Of a stretch of 64,000 nucleotides of DNA, positions 61,584 to 64,000 are shown piece after piece (within the stretch, counting starts at the first letter, position 1; each line of letters begins with the position of its first letter). The notes beneath the pieces were generated by a model, which was given only the letters and a program-made list of their open reading frames with translations, made no database searches and was not told the origin of the DNA. The DNA is from an uncultured Gemmatimonadales bacterium. GTDB lineage: Bacteria > Gemmatimonadota > Gemmatimonadetes > Gemmatimonadales > GWC2-71-9. A program made the position numbers and the translations under genes. Where the stretch lies: positions 128,001 through 192,000 of the forward strand of contig CAVVKJ010000005.1 of NCBI GenBank assembly GCA_963748815.1. The letters run 5' to 3'.

Positions 61584-64000
61584 TCTCCTGGGCGGTGAAG
61601 CGTCCCGCAGTCATCGGCGCGACCGCGCTCGCCCTCTGCCTCGCAGGCGGCGTCGCCTTCACGCGACTCCCGCTCGCCACCCGCACCACCGTCGAACTGC
61701 CCCGGATCAGCGTCACCGTGTCCTGGCCCGGCGCCGCCGCGGAAGTGGTCGAGACCTACCTCACCTCGCCGATCGAAGCGGCGGTGCAGGCGGTGCGCGG
61801 GGTCCGGAAGACCAGCAGCGAATCGTCCGAGGGCCAGTCCCGCCTGACCATCGAGCTCGATCCCACCACCGATGTGCGCATGGCCCGGCTCGCCATCCTC
61901 GAGCGGATGGAGCTGCTTCGGCCGGAACTCCCGCCCGGCGCGCGCCAGCCGATGGTGGCCAACTGGGTGCCGGAGGAGCTGAGCGAGAGTCCCCTCATCC
62001 GCTACACCATCACCGGGCCGTACACCGCGGGCGCGCTCAGTCGCATTGCGCGCGACGACATCACGCCCCGGCTCAGTGCCGTCCCCGGCGTGGCCGGCAT
62101 CAACATGCGGGGCGACGCCGATCTCGGTGTGGCGGTGGCGTACGACCCGACCTTCCTCCGCCGGCAGGGGGTGTCGCCAGGACTGCTGTTCGAGGCAATC
62201 GCCAACTCCCGCATCGTGCAGTCACTCGGCGACGAACGGCTCGGCGCGTCGGTCCGCACCGTCGTCCTCCGCGACCAGCCCAACGCCATCGAGGACCTGG
62301 CCGACCTGCCGATTGCCGGGCCCGGCGGGCGGGTCTTCCGGCTGGGCGACCTCGCCACGGTGCGGCCGGAGGAGGACGCGCGCGGTCGGTTCTACCGGAT
62401 CAACGGACTCCCCGCGGTGTCCCTCGACGTGTCGCGTCTCGCCGCGGCTGACGCCATCCAGACTGCCGCGCGGGTCCGCGCGCTGGTGGCGGAATTGCAG
62501 TCGGTGCTGCCGCCCGGCGTCCGGCTCCGCATCGAAGACGACGAGAGCGTGGAACTCGCCAAGCAACTCACCGACCTGGTGCGCCGAGGCTTGCTCGCGG
62601 CGGTGTCGGTGGCGCTGGTCCTCCTCCTCACCCTGAGAAACCTCCGCGCCACGGCGCTGGTCCTTGCCAGCGCCGCCGTTGCCATCGCCGGCACCGCCCT
62701 CGGCCTGTATCTCCTCGAGATTCCCGCAAACCTGCTGACGCTCGCCGGGCTCGGCATGGGCATCGGCGTGCTGGTGCAGAACGGTCTCGTCGTGATGGAA
62801 CGGCTTCGCACCGCCCCCGACACGCCGGAAGGGCGCGCCGAGGCGGGGCGGAAGATCATGCCGGCCGTGCTGGGGAGCACGCTCACGACGGGCGTGGTCC
62901 TCCTGCCCTTTCTCTACCTGCAGGGCAACGCCCGTGCGGCGTTCGTGCCGTTCGCGGCGGCGTTCGCCCTCGCGCTCGGGTCATCGGTCGTGTCGTCGCT
63001 GGTGATGGTGCCCGCCCTCGGAGCCGGCCACGGGGTGGCGCGCGGCGGATGGCCGCGGCTCGACCGCGCTTACCGCTGGATGCTCATCAAGTTGCTCCGC
63101 TGGCGCTGGGTAACGGTGGCGCTTACCACGGCGGGGTTGGCCGTCCTCACCTGGGGCTTCGTCAACAAGGTGCCGCGCTACAACTGGGGCGACTGGTTCG
63201 GCCAGCGCACCACCCTCAGCGCGTCGCTCGGATTCCCGCGCGGCTCCGACCCGGTCAGCCTCGACCTCGGCATGCGCGAGTTCGAGCGCCTGGTCGTCGG
63301 CGTGCCCGGGGTGGAGCAGGTGGTGACGATGGCGATGGGCGACCGCGCCTACATGCAGGTGCTCTTCGAGAAGGAGGCGGGGCTCGGCGCCCTGCCGAGC
63401 CAGCTGCAGGAGGCGCTGACCCAGCGGGCCGTGCTGATCGGCGGGGCCAGCGTCTCGGTGCAGGGGAGTGGCCCAGGTTTCAATTCCGGGTTTGGCGGCG
63501 GCGGCAGCGTCTCCTACCGGGTCAAGCTGCTGGGCTACTCGTTTGACGGTGTTGAGCGGCTGGCGCTCGACCTCAAGGAACGGCTGGAGCGGATTCCACG
63601 GGTCCGCGACGTGGACATCAACGCCGGCAGCTTCTGGGGGCAGGACAAGGCGTTCACCGTCACCCTGATGCCGAACCGTGCGGCGCTGGCGCGCTACGGC
63701 CTCACAGCGCGCGACCTCTCCGCGGCGGTGGGGCGCGAAGTGCGGGGGCCGGTAGGTGCGCAGCGGATCGACATCGGCGGCGAGGAGATCGAGGTGAACC
63801 TCAAGGCCGCGGGCGCCCGTGAGCGGAGCCTCGAGGAGCTGCGGTCGGCGCTGGTGCCCAACGCCGCCGGGGCGCCCGTCCGCATCGGCGACCTGGCCAC
63901 GGTGGAGGAGCGCGAGGGGCTCGGCACCGTCACGCGCGAGGACCAGCAGTATGTGCGGATCGTCGGGTACGACTTCCGGGGACCCAACAAGCTCGCCGAG
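61580..64000 (+). CDS. Second RND permease subunit, truncated by the window end
   Basis: GTG overlaps the upstream stop; VISWAVKRP, VE.Y.TSPIE, NLLTLAGL.MGIGVLVQN; missing from the ORF track because no stop is in the window. Confidence 0.88.
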   Translation, partial: MISWAVKRPAVIGATALALCLAGGVAFTRLPLATRTTVELPRISVTVSWPGAAAEVVETYLTSPIEAAVQAVRGVRKTSSESSEGQSRLTIELDPTTDVRMARLAILERMELLRPELPPGARQPMVANWVPEELSESPLIRYTITGPYTAGALSRIARDDITPRLSAVPGVAGINMRGDADLGVAVAYDPTFLRRQGVSPGLLFEAIANSRIVQSLGDERLGASVRTVVLRDQPNAIEDLADLPIAGPGGRVFRLGDLATVRPEEDARGRFYRINGLPAVSLDVSRLAAADAIQTAARVRALVAELQSVLPPGVRLRIEDDESVELAKQLTDLVRRGLLAAVSVALVLLLTLRNLRATALVLASAAVAIAGTALGLYLLEIPANLLTLAGLGMGIGVLVQNGLVVMERLRTAPDTPEGRAEAGRKIMPAVLGSTLTTGVVLLPFLYLQGNARAAFVPFAAAFALALGSSVVSSLVMVPALGAGHGVARGGWPRLDRAYRWMLIKLLRWRWVTVALTTAGLAVLTWGFVNKVPRYNWGDWFGQRTTLSASLGFPRGSDPVSLDLGMREFERLVVGVPGVEQVVTMAMGDRAYMQVLFEKEAGLGALPSQLQEALTQRAVLIGGASVSVQGSGPGFNSGFGGGGSVSYRVKLLGYSFDGVERLALDLKERLERIPRVRDVDINAGSFWGQDKAFTVTLMPNRAALARYGLTARDLSAAVGREVRGPVGAQRIDIGGEEIEVNLKAAGARERSLEELRSALVPNAAGAPVRIGDLATVEEREGLGTVTREDQQYVRIVGYDFRGPNKLAE

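Noticed and set aside
1..64000. rRNA, tRNA, prophage, integron integrase or classical IS element
   Set aside because: No such signatures were recognised by eye. A tRNAscan or Rfam run would be needed to exclude small RNAs.

Overview
A 64 kb GC-rich bacterial chromosome segment. Gene content and style suggest Gemmatimonadota (inference). Many ordinary genes are broken by single-base frameshifts, most simply explained as long-read consensus errors. In order it holds: a glycoside-oxidation (3-keto-sugar type) cluster with cydAB in its middle; a GH20 enzyme and neighbours; an operon of two Ddl-like ATP-grasp ligases, a GNAT and a KamA-family radical SAM enzyme behind a structured leader; thyA-folA; fatty-acid, SPFH and membrane genes; a Fur-boxed small protein plus heme oxygenase; rnhA and selD; a DUF4419-SUKH-like fusion; a Lys/Ala-rich histone-like protein; six beta-propeller genes; and an RND system cut by the window end. 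The most unusual structure is intergenic. At least six interspersed repeat families occur. Two stand-alone DUF559 nuclease genes are each bracketed by inverted copies of a palindromic repeat, each with its own loop variant, and gene-less copies of both variants are dispersed through the window. This resembles a REP/RAYT arrangement with a DUF559 nuclease in place of the RAYT transposase. No rRNA, tRNA or CRISPR array was recognised.
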